The position numbers and the translations under genes were made by a program. This document shows, piece after piece, positions 1 to 8,136 of a stretch of DNA of 64,000 nucleotides (within the stretch, counting starts at the first letter, position 1; every line of letters starts with the position of its first letter). This DNA comes from Erysipelotrichaceae bacterium (GTDB lineage Bacteria > Bacillota_I > Bacilli_A > Erysipelotrichales > Erysipelotrichaceae): positions 17,094-81,093 of the forward strand of contig JAZQFH010000013.1 of assembly GCA_045539425.1 (NCBI GenBank), in the 5' to 3' direction. The notes beneath the pieces were generated by a model. The model saw nothing but the letters and a program-made list of their open reading frames with translations. It ran no database searches and was not told the origin of the DNA.

Positions 1-1473
1 CGGCTGATTGGCTATCTTACGGTAATAGCGCACGCTGTCTTTGGTAAAACCAAAGGTCTGAAGACGTCCTGCCGTATCATAATCGCTGCTTCCTGTCGCA
101 AAGGAATGATTGCTGAGAAGCTTTTCAAAGCGGTCGATCTCTTCTTCGGTATAGCCTTCACGGATCATCTTCGCTCTGTCTTTTAATAATGCTGAGAGCG
201 CTGCCTCATCATATTTCAGAAGGATCTGATAGAGTTCCGTATCTTCCCAGCGGACATATTTCTGCTGAAGCTTGTTAATGTCATTCTGAGACAGACCGGC
301 TTCCTTCATCTCAATCAGGCAGATATTGCGCTTTGTCTCATCCAGTGCGGAAATCTGTCCGGAGAGCTCCTCCAGATCTGCGCTTTGGTAAGCGTCAAAA
401 TGGGAGCGGACTCTCTCGTCTTCTTCTCCCTTTTCTTTCAGATAATGAAGTGCTCTTAAATATCCCAGTGAATCATCCGCTAATAAACTGTCAACGGATG
501 CCTCTTCGTTACTGATCTTATCTAAGAAGCTGTATGCCTGCTCTTCTTGCTGGGCGTTTAAATACAGCATGAAAATATTCTGGCGGAATTCTTCTACGCT
601 TTCAGTGTCATATGCCGACAGATATTCGTAGGCTTTCAGCGGCGCATTCTCCAGCGGCATATTCTCATAGAGCTGATGAAGTCCTCGCTTTGCCAAAGCG
701 GCATCCGGTTCCTGTTTCAGCCACTCAAAGAAGGAAATAAAACTGTCATCGGAATTAAAGCGGAACTCGATCTGGTTTAATTCCGTATCTTCTGCCTGCT
801 CGATTTCTTTCAGCGATTGACGCAGAAACTCATAATAATAGAAGCGGCTGAGCGAAAAATTGTTCCGGTATTCGTGATATAAATGCAGATAGGAAGCACA
901 GTCTTTGATGTTGTAGTAGTAATATTGCAACATACTGACGGATTTCGGAATGCGGGACGGTTTGTCTGTATCGTTTAATGATCGCATCAGATATTCCGCA
1001 AAATAGGAGTTCATTTCCCCTGTCATCTGATAGATGCGGGTTCCTTTGCTGTAATCGTCGTTTCCGACCGGATAGTCGCTGTTTTTCAATTTCAGCGCGA
1101 TCCGTTCATAGACGCGCGGATCATATCCCAGAGATTCTTTCAGATCATCGGACTGAAGAATATGATCCAGAACACTGCGGTTGTTATCGATGACAGCCTG
1201 GATCAGTATATCCGGCTGATCCGGATTCTGCTGTTCATTACCGACGGATACTTCTTCCTCTACCTCTTCACTGACTGTTTCCTCAGCATCCATAACCTCA
1301 TAATAGGAAATGGTTGCGGTATCAATGATCGCACGTTTTCCATCTTCCTTCTGAAGCTCCACGACATCTTCGTCAATGGACAGAACTGTTCCCGTAAACT
1401 CCCTGTTCATCACAAAAAGCGTGACTTTCGAGCCTTTTGTTACATCCTGAATCAATCTTTCTTTCAGCGCCAT
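1..1473 (-). CDS. hypothetical protein, 3' end beyond the window edge (at least 491 aa); small beta-rich N-terminal module followed by a long helical, repeat-like region
   Basis: Absent from the ORF track because no stop lies in the window. Read by hand: ATG at 1473-1471 preceded by GGGAGAAG, with no in-frame stop (plus-strand tta/cta/tca in frame 1) down to base 1. N-terminus is MALKERLIQDVTKGSKVTLFVMNREFTGTVL. No family recognised. Confidence 0.6.
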   Translation of the reverse strand, partial: MALKERLIQDVTKGSKVTLFVMNREFTGTVLSIDEDVVELQKEDGKRAIIDTATISYYEVMDAEETVSEEVEEEVSVGNEQQNPDQPDILIQAVIDNNRSVLDHILQSDDLKESLGYDPRVYERIALKLKNSDYPVGNDDYSKGTRIYQMTGEMNSYFAEYLMRSLNDTDKPSRIPKSVSMLQYYYYNIKDCASYLHLYHEYRNNFSLSRFYYYEFLRQSLKEIEQAEDTELNQIEFRFNSDDSFISFFEWLKQEPDAALAKRGLHQLYENMPLENAPLKAYEYLSAYDTESVEEFRQNIFMLYLNAQQEEQAYSFLDKISNEEASVDSLLADDSLGYLRALHYLKEKGEEDERVRSHFDAYQSADLEELSGQISALDETKRNICLIEMKEAGLSQNDINKLQQKYVRWEDTELYQILLKYDEAALSALLKDRAKMIREGYTEEEIDRFEKLLSNHSFATGSSDYDTAGRLQTFGFTKDSVRYYRKIANQP

Positions 1474-1596
1474 ACTACTTCTCCCTCTGTATTGTTATGT
1501 GCGTATTTGAATCTGTGTTATATTACTTATATTTTACATGAAAAGAGTAATCATGCGTCAAAATCAAACCAAAAAGACTAAACCATTGGTTCAATC

Positions 1597-1626
1597 GCAA
1601 AAATGCATACCTTAATGGGTATGCAC
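1597..1626 (-). terminator. intrinsic terminator downstream of the DUF1080 gene
   Basis: Stem TGCATACC (1604-1611) pairs with GGTATGCA (1618-1625). On the minus strand it is followed by TTTTTG. Confidence 0.7.
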
Positions 1627-1655
1627 GTATATTTTGATTGTTCGAAAACCGAAAT

Positions 1656-2264
1656 CTAATCTTCAAATTCAATTTCAAGATCTTTGAAGAATGCTTCTGT
1701 CCCGATTTCCGAGAAAAAGCCAACAGAACCTCTAAGATTGTTTCCGTGCTTTAAATCATTGACTTTCAGAATGAACTGATCATCAAGATAGAATTCTGCC
1801 TGATCATCATGGATGATTGCTTTTAATTCTGTCCACTGATCCAGAACGACCGGCATTTCCGCTTCATAATCCTTTATGGCAAATTCCCTGAAATAAGCAA
1901 AGGTATATCCGGGATAGGAAAAGTACTGACAACCATGAGATTTTCTGACCGGATCATCCGTCATTGCATTTGTTGGGCGAATATAGAATGACTCAAATTC
2001 ACTGTTATCTTCTTTCACACGGAATACGATACCAATAAACCCTCTGGCAAAATCCGGAGCATCCGGCAACAGACGGCTCAGCATTTTCACCTTAATTATT
2101 CCGTTATGGAAACTGCAGTATTTCAATTTAACCAGTGTGTTTTCGTCAAACTGATACATCTTCTCTGCTTTCACTACTCTGAGGACTTCATAATCCCCCA
2201 ATGTCGTATTTTCTGATTTCGTATAGGAATCCTGGAAATCTTCCTTTTTTATTGACATTTTCAT
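1656..2264 (-). CDS. DUF1080 / 3-keto-disaccharide-hydrolase-like ConA-type beta-sandwich protein, cytoplasmic
   Basis: 202 aa. AAGGAGA lies 7 nt upstream of ATG 2264. Pattern GFIGIVFRV..FYIRP..QWTELKAII..GSVGFFSEIGTEAFFKDLEI fits the DUF1080 family. No signal peptide. Confidence 0.6.
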   Translation of the reverse strand: MKMSIKKEDFQDSYTKSENTTLGDYEVLRVVKAEKMYQFDENTLVKLKYCSFHNGIIKVKMLSRLLPDAPDFARGFIGIVFRVKEDNSEFESFYIRPTNAMTDDPVRKSHGCQYFSYPGYTFAYFREFAIKDYEAEMPVVLDQWTELKAIIHDDQAEFYLDDQFILKVNDLKHGNNLRGSVGFFSEIGTEAFFKDLEIEFED

Positions 2265-2275
2265 TGTTATTCTCC

Positions 2276-4204
2276 TTACAGGTTCAATGCAATTGCATAA
2301 CCTTCATTCGTTGCTTCATTTACTTTACCGATTGCATTACAGTCACCGATCATATAAGTCCTCGGTGTAATGCCATACAATTCAAACGCTTCTTCTTTCA
2401 AGGGTCTCATTCCAATGGAAATAATGGAATGATCGGAATCTAAGTGTTCCTGTACACCACCCCTCTCGATGGTAACCCCGGTTTTATCAATTTGCAGTAC
2501 TTTTGTATTAAATAACACTTTCAGATTCTTACATGATTTTAAATGGTGCAATAGAGAGATACGGTAGAGTTGATTGCCACTGCGGGCAATCTGATCGGTG
2601 CGAGCAATCAGAGTGACTTCGCACCCTCTTTCAGAGAGTTCCATACCCAGTTCACATCCTATTGTACCGCTTCCAACTATCGTACATTTTCCGTGATATT
2701 CTTCAATATGACTAAAAACTTCCAATGCATCCGTTGTGTATTCACTTCCCTTATAAGTGGAAGAAACAGGGACAGCTCCCATTGCTATGATAAGAGCATC
2801 CGGATTCAATACCGTTACGCTCTCTTTCGTTGCGATTGTATTTAAGCGGACATCCACATGAGATTTTTGAATCTGTAATCTCAGATAATCTCTGTAACGT
2901 CTGAGATCAGTCTTATAACTGTCTGCATCCGAATAATTCAGCTGGCCTCCAAGAGAATCCCCTTTTTCCAGAAGGATCACTTCATGCCCTCTTTGATCGG
3001 CGGTCAGAGCCGCCATACATCCTGCAGGGCCTCCTCCGACAACAACGACTCTCATAGGATTTTCTGCTTTTTCGATTTTCTTAGGGAAACGGTTTTCCCT
3101 GCGGAATCTCGGGTTTACGGCACACACAGAATTCCTTCTCTCTGTTGATATGTGATAGCAGTGCATACAGCGGATACACGGAACGATATCTTCTTCCCTG
3201 TTTTCTAATGCTTTTCTTGGTAAATCCGGGTCTGCTACCAAAGCTCTTCCCATAAAGACGCAGTCAGCTTTTCCTTCTGATAGGATCATCTCTGCTTCGT
3301 CCGGTGTTGTAACAGAGCCAACAACACCAACTAATATGTTTGTTTCCTTTTTTACTCTTGCAGCAAAATCAATATTCAGCATATGAGGCTCAAAGCTCGT
3401 GGGCATGGCATACATATTTGCTTCATATTTATCGACCGAACCTCCGTATTCATCCATTCCTGCAGATATGTTGACCATATCAATGTAGTTTTCTATGTGC
3501 TTGATTAACTCCAGCATATCGTTTTCGCTAAAAGTCTCTTTTACCATCAACTGCCGGGAAAGTCTTGCAAGCAGAGGATAATCAGGTCCAACAGCCTTTC
3601 TAACTGCTTCTGCCGCCTCAATTGTGATTCTCATTCTGTTTTCTAAAGAACCTCCATATTCATCCGTTCTGTGATTCCACACAGGCGAAAGAAACAGAGA
3701 AGTCAGTGAATCATGTCCGAAATGCAGCATGACCATATCAAAACCGAATTGTTTGGCTTTTTTAGCTTGTTCTGCTGTGTAAGAAATCAAATCATCGATT
3801 TCATCTTTGCTCATGGCTCTTGCGGTTCTGTTTCTGAAATCTAAACCGTCGCACGGCATCATATATGTACCGTCTTCTCGAGGTGTCATTGAGTGAAAGA
3901 ATAGTTCCAGAATGCTCTTTGCTCCGGCTTGTCTTGTAACGGATATGATCTCTCTTGTGTTATCACGCGAGTATTTTTCAAAAGGATCTTTTGAATTGCT
4001 GACTTCCGCTACGGAGAGAGCATTGAGGCAGATTCCTGCTGCGCCTCCTGTTGACCTTTCCAAAACAGAAACACCGGCATAATTTGTTGAAGATAAAAGA
4101 TTCAGTCTGGGTGTATCCATTGGAGCGGCTATAATACGATTAGATAACATAACTCCGTTCACTCTGAGCGGTGAGAACAGATTTATGAATTTTGTATTCT
4201 TCAT
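2276..4204 (-). CDS. Fe-S flavoenzyme of the 2,4-dienoyl-CoA reductase / enoate reductase (OYE-like N-terminus plus FAD/NAD(P) domain) family
   Basis: The ORF-track start at 4222 is a TTG. ATG 4204 has GAAGGA 8 nt upstream and lies 4 nt after the regulator stop. Motifs: FSPLRVNGVMLSNRIIAAPM (OYE barrel), CIRCMHCY...C (4Fe-4S type cluster), VVVVGGGPAGCMAA (Rossmann). Confidence 0.8.
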   Translation of the reverse strand: MKNTKFINLFSPLRVNGVMLSNRIIAAPMDTPRLNLLSSTNYAGVSVLERSTGGAAGICLNALSVAEVSNSKDPFEKYSRDNTREIISVTRQAGAKSILELFFHSMTPREDGTYMMPCDGLDFRNRTARAMSKDEIDDLISYTAEQAKKAKQFGFDMVMLHFGHDSLTSLFLSPVWNHRTDEYGGSLENRMRITIEAAEAVRKAVGPDYPLLARLSRQLMVKETFSENDMLELIKHIENYIDMVNISAGMDEYGGSVDKYEANMYAMPTSFEPHMLNIDFAARVKKETNILVGVVGSVTTPDEAEMILSEGKADCVFMGRALVADPDLPRKALENREEDIVPCIRCMHCYHISTERRNSVCAVNPRFRRENRFPKKIEKAENPMRVVVVGGGPAGCMAALTADQRGHEVILLEKGDSLGGQLNYSDADSYKTDLRRYRDYLRLQIQKSHVDVRLNTIATKESVTVLNPDALIIAMGAVPVSSTYKGSEYTTDALEVFSHIEEYHGKCTIVGSGTIGCELGMELSERGCEVTLIARTDQIARSGNQLYRISLLHHLKSCKNLKVLFNTKVLQIDKTGVTIERGGVQEHLDSDHSIISIGMRPLKEEAFELYGITPRTYMIGDCNAIGKVNEATNEGYAIALNL

Positions 4205-4208
4205 GGTA

Positions 4209-6092
4209 TTATCCTTCGTCAATTATTTTCATAAAATTCTTATAAGTCGGATTGCTGATGATTCTTTCTACTTTTTTTTCATCCGCAATCGTTTTCGTCA
4301 GCATATAATAGTACGTCTGAAGATCTTTTGTCTGATCCGAGATGGAAGTCAAAAGTACGAGCTGAACATGATTGACTCCCCAGCGAATCGGATGATCAAG
4401 TATCGCGACACTGGTAAAAGGCTCTTCACTCATTTTCTTAAATGGATGAGGAATCGCAACCTGATTACCGTAATCCGTAGAGGACAGCTTTTCCCTTTCC
4501 ATTACCTGATTGAAAAAATCATCAGAGATATTCCGATATTTCTGAATCTCCTTTACCATTTCATGTATAACGGATTCCTTGTTTTCTGCTTTCAGATTCT
4601 GTATGAATAACTCTTCAGGAAAGTAAACACTGATATCCTGCTTGAAACTTCCGTAACGGACAAGATCTTCAATCTTAGATGAGCTCTTATCATTCAGGAA
4701 TGTATCAATTCGATAGATTGGTGTTTTCGTAAATGCACGGAAAGGAATTGTCGTCAGAATGAAATCATAATTGTCCAGTTCATAGTTGTTGACTTTGGCA
4801 ACTGATGAAACATTCAATTCAGAAATATAATCCTCAAAACGTGACTGAATCTGCCGTTTCAGTATTTCAGAACTGGTAGTTCCGGTATGGCACAAAAGCA
4901 GAATTTTGTACTGACGGATCTGTGACATATAAGTAGACAGTTCCAGATGCAATGCAATATAGGAAATCTCATCCTGGGATAACTGTACGTTGTACTTCTT
5001 GTTGATTACCTCAGCTGCCACACATGCCATTTCATTCGATATTTTATAATTTGACTTAATATCTTCAGCCATTGGATTTGTCTGGACAAAATGATTTTCT
5101 ATACGGATGATCAGCGGTATTAAATGCAGACTCAGGCGTACGATCAGCTGTTGGTCTTCAGAATATGTTGTCAGGAATCTTTCATCAATCTGTTTCAGTA
5201 TTTCTTCCGCAAGCATATGAATATCCTGACTGATCAGATCATCATGTGTGTTATAAAATCTCTTTCCGGCAATATGAATTCCCATATATCTGCGGTCATA
5301 TGCACTGAATTTCACATGATATAAATCTTCCAGACGGTTAAGAATTGCTGTACAAATCGGGAGTTCCTTTTCAGTATCTTCCCGATCGTCATTTTTGAAT
5401 TCGATTCCTGCTCTTTCAATCGTTACAAACAGATGAATCGTTAGATTATCCAATGCGACATCGGAAAACTCAATACCAAAGGAAGATGATTCTTCAAGAA
5501 TGATGTTTTTTATTGCTGCTATCTCTGCATCAACATTTTTCTGCAATATGCTGTACTGCCCGTTATTTCCCATGCTGATGTTTTTGAAATATATATTTGC
5601 CATGCAAAGCCGCTTGGAGAATTCTGTACCTTCTACAAACATTCCACGATATGGCAGATTCCCAATTGAAAGATTATAGTTTTCATAGAATTTACGGACC
5701 AGGCGTAAATCGGTGCTCATCTGCCGGCTGGATAAATAGAATCTGTCGGCCAGATCGTCAAGACGAATATAATCATTCTGATTCAGTAAAAACAGGGCTA
5801 TATTCTCAACCCTTGTAAGGGTATTTCGAAAGTTATACTGTTCCTTTTTGTTTTCTTCTTCAAGTTCATTCAGATACTCCTCGAATTTCGCGAAATCGTG
5901 AATGATCAGCTCGTAACCGTTACCGCTTCCCCTTTTCGAGGCAATATGAGCAACATCAGAAGAAACTGAATTATTTATCTCCGCTATTTCATTCCGTATC
6001 CTGTTTTCTGAAATACGAAAATACCCTGCCAAAAGCTTGCAGGAGCAATATTCTGCGCTTTTTAATTTCAGTATTAAGTCCAGTTTTAACAT
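4209..6092 (-). CDS. PRD-domain transcriptional regulator with EIIB-like and EIIA(Mtl/Fru)-like domains (MtlR/LicR/ManR class activator)
   Basis: 627 aa with N-terminal HTH modules and a PRD region. Also has an EIIB(Gat)-like ILLLCHTGTTSS and a C-terminal EIIA-type VAIPHP. I did not recognise a CAT RNA-binding domain. Confidence 0.8.
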   Translation of the reverse strand: MLKLDLILKLKSAEYCSCKLLAGYFRISENRIRNEIAEINNSVSSDVAHIASKRGSGNGYELIIHDFAKFEEYLNELEEENKKEQYNFRNTLTRVENIALFLLNQNDYIRLDDLADRFYLSSRQMSTDLRLVRKFYENYNLSIGNLPYRGMFVEGTEFSKRLCMANIYFKNISMGNNGQYSILQKNVDAEIAAIKNIILEESSSFGIEFSDVALDNLTIHLFVTIERAGIEFKNDDREDTEKELPICTAILNRLEDLYHVKFSAYDRRYMGIHIAGKRFYNTHDDLISQDIHMLAEEILKQIDERFLTTYSEDQQLIVRLSLHLIPLIIRIENHFVQTNPMAEDIKSNYKISNEMACVAAEVINKKYNVQLSQDEISYIALHLELSTYMSQIRQYKILLLCHTGTTSSEILKRQIQSRFEDYISELNVSSVAKVNNYELDNYDFILTTIPFRAFTKTPIYRIDTFLNDKSSSKIEDLVRYGSFKQDISVYFPEELFIQNLKAENKESVIHEMVKEIQKYRNISDDFFNQVMEREKLSSTDYGNQVAIPHPFKKMSEEPFTSVAILDHPIRWGVNHVQLVLLTSISDQTKDLQTYYYMLTKTIADEKKVERIISNPTYKNFMKIIDEG

Positions 6093-6098
6093 GTAGAT

Positions 6099-6431
6099 TT
6101 ATTCTCTTGAGAGCTTCAGTTCTTCCATCATTTTTAGATTGTTTTTCTGCATATTCAGTATCTGCAAAGTCATATCGTGAATTGTCAGTGCGTCCATAAG
6201 ATGATCCTGTGCATGTACCATCAGCAAATCTACTTCGCTCTTTTCTCCATAGAGTTCTTTATCTAAAAGGGAATGCTGCGCCTGATGTGCTTTCAGTATA
6301 TCTTGTTCTGCATCTTGAATCAATTTTTCTGCTGCCGCAAAGTTGTTGTTGCTGATTTCTTTCATCGCCATGAGAAGAGAACTTCTGGCATTTCCACCAT
6401 ATGTTATTAGTGTCATCATTTCTTGTTCCAT
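6099..6431 (-). CDS. PTS lactose/cellobiose-family EIIA component
   Basis: 110 aa. Motifs are LITYGGNARS, KAHQAQHSLL and VHAQDHLMDA, the typical three-helix EIIA(Lac/Cel) signature. Confidence 0.9.
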   Translation of the reverse strand: MEQEMMTLITYGGNARSSLLMAMKEISNNNFAAAEKLIQDAEQDILKAHQAQHSLLDKELYGEKSEVDLLMVHAQDHLMDALTIHDMTLQILNMQKNNLKMMEELKLSRE

Positions 6432-6444
6432 CTTTCTTCTCCTT

Positions 6445-6480
6445 AAAAGAGTGAATACATAAATATATATTCACTCTTTT
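6445..6480 (-). promoter_or_regulatory. intercistronic 12-bp hairpin between EIIC and EIIA
   Basis: AAAAGAGTGAAT (6445-6456) pairs with ATTCACTCTTTT (6469-6480). On the minus strand the 3' arm runs directly into the EIIA SD AAGGAG. Confidence 0.4.
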
Positions 6481-6489
6481 ACTCTTTTA

Positions 6490-7713
6490 TTATTCTGCTG
6501 CTTTTCCTTCTTTTTCCTGTTCAAGCAGTTGCTTATCATACTTTCTGACAAACGGTAACCAGATCAACCAGGATGCAGCAAATTCCAAAGCAAACACAAT
6601 GAATACTTTCCAGTCCTGAGTAGCAATAAATCCAAAGATAGGATGCGGGATCAGATTGCTCGGGAAAGAAGTTGTATAGTTTAAGAATCCAATCTGTGTA
6701 GCAAGATAGACAATTGCCGCATTCACTCCAATATACAATAACCAAGGAATGAATAATGTAATGTTACCAACGATTGGCGCTCCAAATACAATTGGTTCAC
6801 TGATATTAAAGAGTGCCGGAACTAAAGATACCTTACCAACAGCCTTTAACTGTTCACTTTTACATGTCATGAATAACAGAGGAATATGTAAATAGATATT
6901 TCCTGCCATCAAGAACGAAGAGAATGTTACGATACTTGTCGGAGCAATTCCGGAAGCTGCAGCAGTGGCATTTTCAGTCAGTCCGCCAATTAAGACAGGA
7001 ATCAAAACCGCAGAAATGATATTGAATCCATGGACTCCGAAGAACCACATCAGATTAATAAACACATTAGCACCGACCATAAATGCCAGTGTGTTGGCTC
7101 CTTTGAATAACGGTGCAAGCAATTTAACAATCAGTTCTGGGAAAATAACGCCGGTCACACCTTTACAACAAGCATTCAGCAGATAGAAGCATAATACAGC
7201 TGCTCCGCCGGAGATCATGTAGTTAAACGGACCAGCAACAGCGGATGGAACACTCTCCGGCATAGTGATCTCAATCTTTTTATCTTTAAAGAAACTAAGG
7301 ATCCATGTTACACCGAAAGCCACGATCATTCCTGTGAATAATCCTGCAGATCCAAGATAAGTGGAATCCACCACATTACCGGAACCGGTATTTGTGATCA
7401 GTAAAAATGTGGTTACGGCAATAATTACTGTAAGTAACTGATTCAGTTTCTTTGTTTTTGAATGATAATAAGTAATTCCCACAACAGCTGCTAAGCCGAT
7501 GATACCGTTTGTCAGTGTGTATGGGAAATACAGGAAGTTATAAACATCTTCACTGTATGCTGGAATAAATGGCAGTAAAGTTGGTAAAGAAGCGATGATC
7601 ATAAAGACAGAACCAATAATCAGTAATGGAAGTGTTGCTGAAAGACCATTTCTTAAACTTCTCAGTGGTACAGATTTTGCAAAAAACTCTTCGACTTTGT
7701 TCAGAAAATCCAT
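6490..7713 (-). CDS. PTS lactose/cellobiose-family EIIC permease
   Basis: 407 aa polytopic membrane protein. The N-terminus MDFLNKVEEFFAKSVPLRSLRNG..LPLLIIGSVF is typical of EIIC(Cel/Lac). Confidence 0.9.
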   Translation of the reverse strand: MDFLNKVEEFFAKSVPLRSLRNGLSATLPLLIIGSVFMIIASLPTLLPFIPAYSEDVYNFLYFPYTLTNGIIGLAAVVGITYYHSKTKKLNQLLTVIIAVTTFLLITNTGSGNVVDSTYLGSAGLFTGMIVAFGVTWILSFFKDKKIEITMPESVPSAVAGPFNYMISGGAAVLCFYLLNACCKGVTGVIFPELIVKLLAPLFKGANTLAFMVGANVFINLMWFFGVHGFNIISAVLIPVLIGGLTENATAAASGIAPTSIVTFSSFLMAGNIYLHIPLLFMTCKSEQLKAVGKVSLVPALFNISEPIVFGAPIVGNITLFIPWLLYIGVNAAIVYLATQIGFLNYTTSFPSNLIPHPIFGFIATQDWKVFIVFALEFAASWLIWLPFVRKYDKQLLEQEKEGKAAE

Positions 7714-7727
7714 ATTTTATCCCCCTT

Positions 7728-8045
7728 CTAGATTTTCACTTTCCGGTACTGATTTACTGCATCCAGCAGTACTTTTTCTCCGTTCATCATTCCGTAGTCT
7801 TCTTTGGATATATTGGAAATGACAGGAATTCTGTCTTTGAATTCATCCATCAATTCGCTGTATCTCCATATTAACTGAGGTGCAATCAGCAGAATATCTG
7901 TTTCATATTCTTCATAGAACAATTCATCAGCACCCATAGGAATGATATTGGCATCAATTTTGTTTTGTTTTGCAGCATTCTGCATTTTTGTAACCATGAA
8001 GGATGTGGACATGCCACCCGCACATACTAGAACAATGCTTATCAT
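7728..8045 (-). CDS. PTS lactose/cellobiose-family EIIB component
   Basis: 105 aa. The active-site region is MISIVLVCAGGMSTSFMV. Confidence 0.9.
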   Translation of the reverse strand: MISIVLVCAGGMSTSFMVTKMQNAAKQNKIDANIIPMGADELFYEEYETDILLIAPQLIWRYSELMDEFKDRIPVISNISKEDYGMMNGEKVLLDAVNQYRKVKI

Positions 8046-8136
8046 CAGTACCTCTTTCTATCTGAATTTTAATAGATATAATTCAGAACCTCCACGCAGT
8101 TAAATTAAGAATAAATATGTTTCATTTGCGAAGATA

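Noticed and set aside
6259-6474. 71-aa minus-strand ORF overlapping the EIIA gene
   Set aside because: It is out of frame with a well-supported PTS EIIA gene, and its translation is compositionally odd.
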